This document shows positions 55,282 to 64,000 of a stretch of 64,000 nt of DNA, piece after piece. Both the position numbers and the translations under genes were made by a program. Every line of letters starts with the position of its first letter. Positions within the stretch are counted from its first letter, which is position 1. The notes beneath the pieces were generated by a model that searched no databases, was not told the origin of the DNA, and saw only the letters and a program-made list of their open reading frames with translations. Source of the stretch: Candidatus Iainarchaeum sp. (lineage in GTDB: Archaea; Iainarchaeota; Iainarchaeia; Iainarchaeales; VGJJ01); contig JAUYHT010000006.1 of assembly GCA_030688545.1 (NCBI GenBank), forward strand, positions 267,035 to 331,034, in the 5' to 3' direction.

Positions 55282-57504
55282 TTACTTCTTCCGCGGCGCC
55301 ACCCATACTTCATCGGGCCATTCCTCTTCGGTGACGCGGGGGGCCCAGGCTTGTGCGGGAAAAAACCGGGAGCGGATCCAGAACCAGGCTCCCGCAAGGA
55401 TGAGGAGCACTAATATTCCCAACCAAAAACCCCTGGCGCCGCTCACGAATGCAGTGGCTTGCGCCACGGAGTTGGTGCTGGGCTTCAGGATGAGGGTGTG
55501 CGGCGCGGATTGGGTGGCGAATCCCACGAATTGGATAGGGATATTCCGCGGTTGCATCAACCAGGCGTCGGGCGAAATGGTATAGGTCACCCGTTTGGTT
55601 TCCATGGGAGCCAATGCAATGGGGGTTTCCCCTTCTATTTTCCAACCAGTGGGAACCGTGATCAGGATATTCCCTTCATGAGACTGATTGGTCGTATTTT
55701 GGATGAGCACATCCACCGTGTACGCGTTGCGCGTCACGGGTTCCTCCACCACTTCCGGGGTGATGCGCACCTTTTCCTCGAATACGATGTTATACATGTG
55801 CGTCACGATGTACCCCTCGCTCGCCACCTGCAGAATGAGTTGGCTCCCATTCTGCAAAAGGGACACCGGAAGAAGGATAATAGGTTCATCAAATCCCCCC
55901 ACGCGAACGATTTTTTCGAATGTCTGGCCGGTAGGTTTCACGGTTAGTGTGAGAGTGGCATCGTGGGAATAGAAGCTCGTGTTCATCAGAGGAATGGCGA
56001 ATGTGGATGCGTTTCCGATGACAATTTCGGATGGGGGGTTATTCAATTGGATGGGAGCTTGCGTGACGCTCGAGAAGAACAATGGGCGATCTTCCCCCTC
56101 CAAAGCGCATCCTTCGATGAGGGGTTGAAGATGAAGAGTATTCACTTGGGAATTGGTCTCGACGCGTACCGCGTGAATGACGTGGGAAAGGGGGGGTACA
56201 GCGATGACAGATGGGATGATGATTCCGTCTTCCAGGGTTAGCGCGACGCGAGCCGTTTGAGTGAGAGGGTTTATCAGTTCGATGGGGATGGTTTGCCCTT
56301 CCTTCACTAATCCCCCATCGAGAATGATCTTGAAGTCGGCGCATTGTTCCCCTTGTGTCCCATGGAAAGTGAATGGGATGCGCATGTTGGGAATGGCGCA
56401 CGCCGTGGTATCGGTGAAATGTCCTTGGATGGTGATGAACGCACTCCCGTCGAATGACACATCATTCCTGAATCCGGTGGATTGCAGGGAGAATTCCCCA
56501 GTCTTAGTTGAGCGAATGGTTTGGGGAGTGGCCAACAGGGAATAGTCAAGTTGGTAATTGACATCCTGTATCTGGAAGTGGTCCACATGGAAGGTTTGAT
56601 CGGAGTTGTTCTGCAAGAATAGGGAATGGGTATTGTTTTCTCCTGCGCGCACGTCGAAATGGGCGGGTAGCACACGCAGTTCGGTGCAGGCGAAGACATT
56701 GGTGAATGTGTTTTCCACTGTCACCTCGAATGCCCCGTCGATGTCCCCGAATGAACAGTCCTGGCCATTTGAAAAAGCCCCTCGGGTTTCCAGGAATACA
56801 TGATCCACGACATCCTCGCTTACCCGTTGCGTGCGGATTTCAATGCGCACGGGTTGGCGAGTATGCCGCGGGATGCTTTTTATAAAATCCGCATCATTGA
56901 ATCCGGGGTTCAATCGCGTGCTGAACTCGGGAGAATCATCAAAGACATTGAATCCTTGCAGGGTGAAATCCTCAGAGGAATCGTTGCGCAGGAAAACCGT
57001 GTGGATGATTGTGACATCCTCGGCCACCGAAACATCCGTGGTCTCGAATGAAATGGCTTTGCATACGTCCGCCGAATCCTGGATAGTGACATCGATGGTG
57101 AAAGTGAGGTCAGCCAATGAACAAGAAGGGGTATTGTCGAATGCCCCCCGCAGGGAAACGTTGAATGAGGTGGTTTGGTCTCCATTCACATCTTGAGTAG
57201 TGTATCGTAGGACCAGGTTCCCACTCCCATTTTCCTGGATCTCGTCGGGAAACGAATCTACCGTGATATCAATTCGCGAATCATCCTCTTCCACCCGGAC
57301 ATCATCCAAATCAAAGGAATCATTCCCCTCATTCTCAATCCGAAGGGTCAGCACACGATTAATCCTGCTTTCGGATAAAACAACCGAATCAGGAGTGACG
57401 GTGATGTCATTGCAGGTGGCGGCAAAGGCCGGGGTGGCCAGCAAGAACAAACAAACTCCCAATATGCCTAGGAAACGGCGCATATACCCAATGAGAAGCC
57501 CCAC
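55282..57504 (-). CDS. cell-surface (S-layer-like) glycoprotein candidate with three internal RGAF/Cys repeats and C-terminal TM anchor
   Basis: signal peptide, >15 N-x-S/T sequons, repeats LRGAFDNTPSC.., TRGAFSNGQDC.., IQGHFTDTTAC.., C-terminal TM + WFWIRSRFF. Confidence 0.45.
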   Translation of the reverse strand: MGLLIGYMRRFLGILGVCLFLLATPAFAATCNDITVTPDSVVLSESRINRVLTLRIENEGNDSFDLDDVRVEEDDSRIDITVDSFPDEIQENGSGNLVLRYTTQDVNGDQTTSFNVSLRGAFDNTPSCSLADLTFTIDVTIQDSADVCKAISFETTDVSVAEDVTIIHTVFLRNDSSEDFTLQGFNVFDDSPEFSTRLNPGFNDADFIKSIPRHTRQPVRIEIRTQRVSEDVVDHVFLETRGAFSNGQDCSFGDIDGAFEVTVENTFTNVFACTELRVLPAHFDVRAGENNTHSLFLQNNSDQTFHVDHFQIQDVNYQLDYSLLATPQTIRSTKTGEFSLQSTGFRNDVSFDGSAFITIQGHFTDTTACAIPNMRIPFTFHGTQGEQCADFKIILDGGLVKEGQTIPIELINPLTQTARVALTLEDGIIIPSVIAVPPLSHVIHAVRVETNSQVNTLHLQPLIEGCALEGEDRPLFFSSVTQAPIQLNNPPSEIVIGNASTFAIPLMNTSFYSHDATLTLTVKPTGQTFEKIVRVGGFDEPIILLPVSLLQNGSQLILQVASEGYIVTHMYNIVFEEKVRITPEVVEEPVTRNAYTVDVLIQNTTNQSHEGNILITVPTGWKIEGETPIALAPMETKRVTYTISPDAWLMQPRNIPIQFVGFATQSAPHTLILKPSTNSVAQATAFVSGARGFWLGILVLLILAGAWFWIRSRFFPAQAWAPRVTEEEWPDEVWVAPRKK

Positions 57505-57541
57505 CTTTAAATATCATTACTTTAACCCGTGAATCAGTTAC

Positions 57542-57566
57542 TCGAACTTTTTAGGAAAAAGTTCGA
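57542..57566. repeat. AT palindrome family member TCGAACTTTTT-agg-AAAAAGTTCGA
   Basis: perfect 11-bp arms. Confidence 0.5.
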
Positions 57567-57648
57567 TCAAAAAACGACTATTTTAAAGAAAAAATCAATC
57601 CAAAAACGACTATTTCTAAGAAAAAAAGGTCAATCAAAAACGACCAGC
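57567..57648. repeat. ~30-bp direct repeat x3 (tcaaNNaaaaacgactatttYtaaRgaaaaaa)
   Basis: three tandem copies, the last truncated at the stop of the 57648 gene. Confidence 0.45.
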
Positions 57649-59552
57649 TATGGGCCGTGCTCTTCCTCAATCATTTTCTTCAATCGACGTAATATTTCTT
57701 TTTTGGGGTCGTCGACTGGTTCCTCCGGCACGGCTTGGGCCACTTGTTTTTCCTGTCGAGTGAGGGTTTGATTCAGGGCATCTATTGAAGCCTGCTCCTT
57801 CTCCTCCTGCTCGTGTTCCTTCTCTTTCTGTTCAAGATATGCCCAGTCCGCGGGGGTGAGATTTTCCTGATCCTCTTCGTCCGCTTGGGAAGGGATTTGG
57901 GTTTCCTTTGGTTGAAGAGGAGAGAGTGGAGATTTGGTTTCGGGAGGCGCGGAAGAAATGGGTCGTGGTTCGTCATCCATTCCTTTGGGGGCCAGGGGAG
58001 GTATCGCCACTTCTCCGGATTCCTTATTCGGGCGCGCGGGAGGAGGGGTAATTTCGGGGGTGTTTAACCTTTCTCGGGGGACCGACCAGGGAGGAACATA
58101 GGGGCGGGGGCCACGCGGGGCTGATTCGAGAGGAGTATGAGACGGATCTCGAAGCCCCTTGGGTTGAATTGGGAATTTTTCTTGGGAGCTATCCATTTCG
58201 GATTTGTATGGCAATGGAGCTGTTTCCGGGACAGGAGGATTGGGGGCTATCGTGGGCGCCTCTTCTTGGCGTTGGGCATCGATGTGTTGCAAATAGGATG
58301 TTGGTTTTGCTTGACCTGTTTCCATGTTGGGTGTCACTGTTTGAGGGACTGGCGAATTCCCTTCGTTTCGCGTGGATGGGGTGTTTTCCACCCTCCTCCC
58401 CGATGGGGGAAACGTTTCCTGCGTCGGAAGGTGTGCCTCTTTCAAAGGGGGTGGGGCCATGGGGTCCGTCCTTTTTTCAGGGGAAACCGATATTTTTTCT
58501 TCACGGGGACGCGGTATTTCGACTTGGAGGGAGGGGATGTCAGCGTACTTTTTTCCCTCTTCTTGCATTTCATAGGGAGTGGGATTCCCCTGCGGGGCGA
58601 TGATGGGTTCCGCCGATCCGAATCCTTCCCACTTGGACGTATTATTGGTCGTCGTCCCCCGCGCATCCTTTTTCCAAGGTGGAGCAAAAGATGGGGGTGC
58701 GGCGTCTTTCCCAGGAAGTGAACGAATATCCTTGGATGGGGTAACCACCTGGTTGGTTGATGGTGGTTTCAAATGTGGAGACGCCGGGGCTGAGGGTGGG
58801 GGAAAGGGTGATGTAAAAGAAGGAGGGGTCGTGGGGGTGGGGGTGGGAATCCCAACCCTCGTCGGTTGCAACACGATATCTTTTTCGGTGCTCGGAGGCA
58901 TCGGTGCACGTTCGGGGATGATCGGCACAGAGGATGAGGGAGTAGAAGAAAGGGGGAAATCCTTTTTTTGTCCAGGAAGGATGGCTCGGGTTGGGCTGAC
59001 GGTTCCTCGTGGGGCCATTTCCTGTTTGGGTCGCATGAAGGGGAGCATTTGGGCGAATGTGAATGGTTTTTTGGGTGGCGTGTTTAATGGCTTTGGATTC
59101 GATGCGATGGCGCGTTGGAGGGGGGTGGGCGGCTGTGCAGGTATAGTCGGCAATGGAGAAGCAGGGAGGAGAGATGGTCCCTGCGTCCGAATGGGAGAAT
59201 AGAGTGGCGCATTTCCCGGTGATAAATTTTTTTGGGTCGATGAGAGACGGGGGGAAATGGACATGTTCTTGTTGGCGAATGGGCGCGCAGGAGTTATCGT
59301 TCCATGGGCACTCCCCTGCATCATGGTGGCTAACTGCTGGCGCATTTGACCTTGGGCGTTGGAGCTGGCGCGCGTGGGTTGGGAGGTAATCAAGGGTTGT
59401 CGTCTGGGTTTTGGTTTTCCGAATATCGCTTGGGCAACGCGCTGTCCCAATCCGGGTTGCGGTAATTTGGGAACGAGTTCTCCGTGGGAAATCTTTTCCC
59501 GACGTTGCTTGAGGAATTCGTCGATCTCATCCACATCCTCTGAAACGGGCAT
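57648..59552 (-). CDS. 634-aa proline/serine/threonine-rich intrinsically disordered protein with acidic coiled-coil C-terminus
   Basis: long ORF; polyproline motifs (PPPLKEA, FPPPSAPASP); C-terminus EEDQENLTPADWAYLEQKEKEHEQEEKEQ; no signal peptide or TM. Confidence 0.45.
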   Translation of the reverse strand: MPVSEDVDEIDEFLKQRREKISHGELVPKLPQPGLGQRVAQAIFGKPKPRRQPLITSQPTRASSNAQGQMRQQLATMMQGSAHGTITPARPFANKNMSISPRLSSTQKNLSPGNAPLYSPIRTQGPSLLPASPLPTIPAQPPTPLQRAIASNPKPLNTPPKKPFTFAQMLPFMRPKQEMAPRGTVSPTRAILPGQKKDFPLSSTPSSSVPIIPERAPMPPSTEKDIVLQPTRVGIPTPTPTTPPSFTSPFPPPSAPASPHLKPPSTNQVVTPSKDIRSLPGKDAAPPSFAPPWKKDARGTTTNNTSKWEGFGSAEPIIAPQGNPTPYEMQEEGKKYADIPSLQVEIPRPREEKISVSPEKRTDPMAPPPLKEAHLPTQETFPPSGRRVENTPSTRNEGNSPVPQTVTPNMETGQAKPTSYLQHIDAQRQEEAPTIAPNPPVPETAPLPYKSEMDSSQEKFPIQPKGLRDPSHTPLESAPRGPRPYVPPWSVPRERLNTPEITPPPARPNKESGEVAIPPLAPKGMDDEPRPISSAPPETKSPLSPLQPKETQIPSQADEEDQENLTPADWAYLEQKEKEHEQEEKEQASIDALNQTLTRQEKQVAQAVPEEPVDDPKKEILRRLKKMIEEEHGP

Positions 59553-59760
59553 AGCTACCCAGACTTTTCCGACTATAAAAAAGAACGCTCATGCGCCAAC
59601 CAAAAATCCCCAGCGGGATCCCCACGACTCCCAATGCAATCTCGGTAGGATCGGGTTCAGCCGCATTCATGAACGGAGGAGCTGTCGATCAAAAGAATTT
59701 CTCTTGCGGGAAAAATCAGTCTATTAAAAAAGGGCACCGCCTATTGGAGTAAGTGGTCTC

Positions 59761-60258
59761 ATGCGCCAAAAATTCATCGACTGGTTTTTTTATGATCCCT
59801 TGTTCAAAAAGTTGAACGTGCGGACCGTATTAGATGTGGGATCGGAAAATGGTAAGATGATTAAATATTTCTCCAGACGGGGAGCTAAAGTCACGGCGAT
59901 CGACCTGGAGCCCACGCGACCCGAAATCAAAAAGATGGACTTTTTGAATAATGTTTTCGCGGACGGACAGTTTGATTTGGTGTACAGTGCGCACACCATT
60001 GAACACATTCCCACCCCGGAAAAATTTTCTTTGGAAATGCTGCGTGTATCAAAACAATACGTGTGTCTTGTAGCTCCCTTACCGGGCAAGCAATTCTGGG
60101 ATCAGCCCGATCATATTCGACCGTACACAAAAGAAACATTAAAACGCATTTTTCACTTGAATAAGTGGATCATCTGCAAAGAAATACGTTTTCCCGGGTT
60201 TGAGCCCATCGCTCTCGTGTTGTTTGACAAGAAGGATTCACGCCTCGTTCGAAATTGA
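59761..60258 (+). CDS. class I SAM-dependent methyltransferase (Methyltransf_11-like)
   Basis: VLDVGSENGKM motif I, FDLVYSAHTIEHI. Confidence 0.65.
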   Translation: MRQKFIDWFFYDPLFKKLNVRTVLDVGSENGKMIKYFSRRGAKVTAIDLEPTRPEIKKMDFLNNVFADGQFDLVYSAHTIEHIPTPEKFSLEMLRVSKQYVCLVAPLPGKQFWDQPDHIRPYTKETLKRIFHLNKWIICKEIRFPGFEPIALVLFDKKDSRLVRN

Positions 60259-60742
60259 AGCGAATCATTGCTTCATAATCTTTCGCAAGGATCTGAAAGT
60301 ATACCCATTTTCCACGCTTCCTGAAACGACACGCTTCTTAGGAATCGCGGATACGTATGGTGCGATATACCCGCGGAACACCGCCTCCAATTTTGCATTT
60401 ATGGGATTTCGGCGTTTTTCCCTTCATGGTTCGACATTCGCGTTCCACAATTTTGATAGCTGGTTCAACGCGGGTTTTTGTGCACACAGGAAGCTCTGGT
60501 GCTATTGATACTGTTTGAATGTCGCCGCATACTGAGCCAGCATGCGATTAGGTTTTATAGGAGCGAGTTCATGCGGGTAGAAAAGAAGGAACAATTTCCT
60601 GTCCCCAAAAAGTCCTCTCCCAACCTCTTTCTTTTCTCCGAATGCGGGTGCGCGCATTTTTGATCGAACTTCCGGGTAAAACCAAAAAGGTTTTGCGGGC
60701 CTCGCAGAACAACGTTCTGCAAGGTTTTTCAAAAAGTTCGTT

Positions 60743-61684
60743 TTACTTGCGGCGCTGCGAATAGGCCAACAGCAATCCCGCGAGGACAAGGACGATTCCC
60801 AGTCCAATCACAGGATTGGTAATGAAACCCAAGAGTCCGGTGGCGGGCGAACCAGCATTCGGGACCTCGTTCGCGATGGGTAAAATACTCCCGCGCGGAA
60901 TGCCCGCTTCGCCCAATGCGATTTCTGTGGGATTGGGTTCCACCGTGTTCACGAACGTGGGGGCTGATGTCAAGGGGGTATTCGTTCCATCTCCTGACGC
61001 GGGTGGGGACAAAGAAAGATTGTTCCCTTGCCATAAAGGATTGAATGAGAACAGGGGCACAGGGCCGCTTGATCCATCGTCATCATCATCCGTGGACGAT
61101 TGCGTGCTGGGGCCTTCACAATTATCCCCTTCGCAGATCGTGGGATTAGTGTTCTGCCCATTCGTCGGAGTGCATCCGATGGTGCCGACGGCGCAGGGCG
61201 CTGGCTGGCAATTAATGGTTCCCTCTACTGGACAGGGGTCCTTGGGAGGGCAATTGGAATCGCCGTTTAACTCACAAGGATTAGGTTGATTGCAATCCGG
61301 TTCATTCACCGGACATGGATCCGTTACTTCTTTATCGCGTATCCGGCGGCCGCTAGAGCCAGGTCCGCTGGGTCCTTGAGGCGCGGGGGCCGCATCGATG
61401 CTCTGGGCCGATGTATTTCCTGTAGAAGGTGAAGATGATTCGGTGTTACTGGCAGGTGGCGCGGGTGCGGAATTGTTTCCCCCATCATTGCTTGAGGTTG
61501 TGCGCGTTGATTCATTTGTTGGCGTGGTGGGTGCCGGAGCCGATTCCGTGGCACCGGTGCCTGAAGATCCCGAATCATTTGTCGTCGCCGGAGCGTCGGG
61601 CGCGCTGTCGGCGAATCCAAAGGGTGACAGCATCAGGCTCATCACGATGAGGACCATTCCCAGTTTCATTCCGTTCATTCTCAA
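60743..61684 (-). CDS. secreted Ser/Thr- and Cys-rich repeat protein with C-terminal TM anchor (PGF-CTERM-like)
   Basis: signal peptide, S/T/P-rich linker, CPxxxPxC repeats, C-terminus GLLGFITNPVIGLGIVLVLAGLLLAYSQRRK. Confidence 0.45.
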   Translation of the reverse strand: MRMNGMKLGMVLIVMSLMLSPFGFADSAPDAPATTNDSGSSGTGATESAPAPTTPTNESTRTTSSNDGGNNSAPAPPASNTESSSPSTGNTSAQSIDAAPAPQGPSGPGSSGRRIRDKEVTDPCPVNEPDCNQPNPCELNGDSNCPPKDPCPVEGTINCQPAPCAVGTIGCTPTNGQNTNPTICEGDNCEGPSTQSSTDDDDDGSSGPVPLFSFNPLWQGNNLSLSPPASGDGTNTPLTSAPTFVNTVEPNPTEIALGEAGIPRGSILPIANEVPNAGSPATGLLGFITNPVIGLGIVLVLAGLLLAYSQRRK

Positions 61685-61784
61685 TCAGCTCCTTCCAATT
61701 AGATGATGGTGATTTCAATCTTTTAATGTATACGTTTTAAATGAAATTGCGTTAACGACCTCAATTCATACGGCGATTGTAGAA

Positions 61785-62720
61785 TTAAAACCTTCCTCCG
61801 AACCCTCCGCCCCCCGTGCTTCCTCCCCCAAATCCCCCAAATCCCCCACCGCCTCGTCCGAAGCCGCTCCCGATATACCCCCCTCCGATGCCCCTTCCCC
61901 TCCCAAGCGAAGGAGAGTTACCGGAATGAGATAAGTCCGTGGGGAGGGGTTGAAAGAGCGCCACGTACAGGAAATAGAGGCTCGTGAGTAATGCCCCATG
62001 AAACACATTGAGAGTGAGGGCAGTGAATATTCCCCCGATGCTGAAGAAAAGGAGCCCGGTGAAAAAATAGAGGATGACATTGGCAGCCCGCATTTTTTTC
62101 TTTTGGGGATCTCCTGCACTATTTTTCCAAATTTTGAATAGGATTATTGCAAAAAGACCCAGTGCGATTACCGTCGACCATCTTTCGGTTTCAGGAAAGG
62201 CGACGGAAAAAGAATCCGCTTGCGCAATGACATCCGGATCCCCCCGCACGTACCCTTCCATCGTTATCACCCCTGCTTCCAACCCACCCGCAAAATCCCC
62301 TTCTTGGAAGAATGGGACCATTTTTCCTTCGGCGATCTGCCGGAGACGCGCATCCGGGAGCATCCCTTCCAATCCATATCCTGTTTCGATGAAGTAGGAC
62401 CGTTCCTGCAGGGCGATGACGATCAGCAAACCTGTGTCCTTCTGGGCCTCCCCAATTTTCCATGCCTCAAACACGCGCGTAGTGAATTCGAAAATATCCC
62501 CTCCTTCCAAAGTGGGAATGGTGAGCACCACCATCTCCACCCCAGTCTCCTCATCCAATGTTTTCAGCCGGGTTTCAAGTAACCCTTGTTGATCTGGAGG
62601 AATGATGTTGGCGGTGTCCGTGATGTATCCTTGCGGCAACGGCACGGCCTGGGCCGCGACGGTGGCTCCCAGAACGAGGAGAAAAATCAATACCCCTATT
62701 TTCATTTTCCACATGATCAT
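61785..62720 (-). CDS. TPM-domain protein (TLP18.3/Psb32 family) with C-terminal TM and Gly-rich tail
   Basis: signal + GYITDTANIIPPDQQGLLETRLKTLDEETGVEMVVLTIP...LLIVIALQERSYFIETGYGLEGMLPDAR. Confidence 0.75.
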   Translation of the reverse strand: MIMWKMKIGVLIFLLVLGATVAAQAVPLPQGYITDTANIIPPDQQGLLETRLKTLDEETGVEMVVLTIPTLEGGDIFEFTTRVFEAWKIGEAQKDTGLLIVIALQERSYFIETGYGLEGMLPDARLRQIAEGKMVPFFQEGDFAGGLEAGVITMEGYVRGDPDVIAQADSFSVAFPETERWSTVIALGLFAIILFKIWKNSAGDPQKKKMRAANVILYFFTGLLFFSIGGIFTALTLNVFHGALLTSLYFLYVALFQPLPTDLSHSGNSPSLGRGRGIGGGYIGSGFGRGGGGFGGFGGGSTGGGGFGGRF

Positions 62721-62729
62721 GATATCTCA

Positions 62730-63311
62730 TCACGTGAAATCAGTAGGAACAATGGGCGCGTTCTCAGCCCCGGCCACGGATTCGAAGAAGGGCTTGGCCT
62801 CTCTATCTCCCACGAAAAATGAGTTGGGGATGAGACGGATGTAGGTGTTGTATTCCCGCACCGCATCATTATACCGCTTACGGGACACACTGATGCGGTT
62901 CTCCGTTCCTTCGAGTTGCGCCATCAAATCGCGAAAGGCTTGGGTGGCCGTCAGCTCGGGATAGTTTTCAAATGTCAATATGATTTTCGACAGGGTGCTT
63001 TCCAGTTGGTTGGCGGTTTGAACTTGTGAGTCCACAGTGCCCCCTTGCTGCCATTGGGTGCGAAGTTGGGTTATCTCCGTCAGCGTTTCCTGCTCGAATC
63101 CCGCGACTCCTTTCACGGTGTTCACCAAATTAGGGATAAGGTCCACCCGGCGCTGGTAATCCGCCTGCACATTGGCCCACTCCCCATCGACCGCTAAATC
63201 GCGTTGCGTGGCCCCATTGTATATCCCCATGACCCATAGCCCGAGGAAGAGAACCAATACCACGGCAATGCCCACTGGGGCGACCCAATTGGGTAATCCT
63301 TTTTCGGCCAT
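62730..63311 (-). CDS. lemA: LemA family protein
   Basis: N-terminal TM; RYNDAVREYNTYIRLIPNSFF signature. Confidence 0.8.
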   Translation of the reverse strand: MAEKGLPNWVAPVGIAVVLVLFLGLWVMGIYNGATQRDLAVDGEWANVQADYQRRVDLIPNLVNTVKGVAGFEQETLTEITQLRTQWQQGGTVDSQVQTANQLESTLSKIILTFENYPELTATQAFRDLMAQLEGTENRISVSRKRYNDAVREYNTYIRLIPNSFFVGDREAKPFFESVAGAENAPIVPTDFT

Positions 63312-63415
63312 GCTTTTCCCTCCAGAATGTAATCCTGAAACCCCAATGAGAATAAAAGAGGAAGAGAAAAGGAGATTAAAAAAGGAAAAAGGGGGGATAG
63401 CCCCCCCCGGTCTAC

Positions 63416-63757
63416 CTAGTGATTGCTGGCCAGGTTCCAGACGGCTTTAATCCCCACGATCACGGCAGCGGGTGCCATGAGGGCGGCGATGTAGGCGAAT
63501 ATGCTTCCCAGCGGGGGTCCCACGATGGGGATCAGGGTCCAATTGACGGCTCCCGCCACCAACAGGGCGATGACCGCTACCAGGAAGGATGTAATCTCTT
63601 TATCGCTGATGTTCAGCAGTCCGATGATGGCACCCAAGATCACGAAGATCAATGGTAACCAGTTCGCGGCCTCGCCGAAGCTTTGCCCCAGGATTCCAGC
63701 GATGATGGCGAGAACCACCCCGATGATGAATGCCCAGGATCCAATCTTCTGCTCCAT
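63416..63757 (-). CDS. small membrane protein (3-4 TM)
   Basis: hydropathy. Confidence 0.4.
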   Translation of the reverse strand: MEQKIGSWAFIIGVVLAIIAGILGQSFGEAANWLPLIFVILGAIIGLLNISDKEITSFLVAVIALLVAGAVNWTLIPIVGPPLGSIFAYIAALMAPAAVIVGIKAVWNLASNH

Positions 63758-64000
63758 TGATGAAACACCTCCTCAGTGTTTCCCTGCAGACCATAAGCCC
63801 GCGGGGGTTCATCTACTCCACTTCCTGAATTATGTCCTTTTAATAAACATTCTTTTTTGGAGCCGTATTTGCGGCAAAGAGCGAAAATAAAGCGGGTAAT
63901 CTGAATTCTTGGAAAAAAGAAAGAGGGAGCACGGTTTCTATTCTAATTGGACTTGGATGTTCGCCAATACCTGGCGCAATAATACCCATAACCCTCTCAT

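Noticed and set aside
57567-57648. Possible CRISPR array
   Set aside because: Only three ~30-bp units, with no unique spacers and no cas genes nearby. Treated as a tandem direct repeat.
58137-59202. Plus-strand Gly-rich ORFs (194, 144 and 207 aa)
   Set aside because: Antisense to the proline-rich gene (CCN codons read as GGN). They have no start context.

Overview
This 64 kb window reads as an archaeal chromosome segment. The calls rest on r-proteins S4e, L32e, L19e, L34e, L14e, L18e, on RNA polymerase subunits N and D, on aSUI1, RNase P Rpp29, family-B DNA polymerase, and on tRNAs without encoded CCA. Most genes are on the minus strand. Positions ~34.0-54.5 kb carry the conserved archaeal ribosomal-protein supercluster (L3-L4-L23-L2-S19-L22-S3-L29-SUI1-Rpp29-S17-L14-L24-S4e-L5-S14-S8-L6-L32e-L19e-L18-S5-L30-L15-SecY-DUF106-L34e-L14e-S13-S4-S11-RpoD-tRNALeu-L18e-L13-S9-RpoN-S2). 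The cluster is compact: no adk, cmk, rpoK or eno, and several r-proteins carry low-complexity extensions. The left 30 kb is a compositional mosaic, roughly 52% GC by eye with clearly AT-richer islands. It holds 7 tRNAs (Thr-UGU, Glu-CUC, Met-CAU, Thr-GGU, His-GUG, Arg-GCG, plus Leu-UAA inside the r-protein cluster) and housekeeping or accessory genes (UDG family 4, TspO, flavoprotein disulfide reductase, amidohydrolase, cyclophilin, FMN reductase, two PhnB/VOC proteins, multicopper oxidase, LigT/ThpR, HisRS, MetAP2, polyprenyl synthetase, PolB). Most Shine-Dalgarno-led genes use GGAGG-type sites. The most unusual things I see are these. (1) A tandem array of three paralogous secreted six-cysteine small proteins plus a truncated fourth copy, with ~100-nt identical 5' ends (recent duplication or gene conversion). 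(2) A dispersed family of AT-rich palindromes (AAACTTTTT-N2-3-AAAAAGTTT, often with TTTGATCAAA) sitting at gene 3' ends. (3) A convergent cassette of two coiled-coil proteins around a 513-aa unknown protein, bracketed by those elements and followed by three tiny membrane proteins. (4) Tiny, highly basic SD-led ORFs next to tRNA genes. (5) A cell-envelope block (S-layer-like glycoprotein, 634-aa proline-rich disordered protein, Cys-rich anchored protein, TPM-LemA pair). No CRISPR, transposase or integrase is recognisable.
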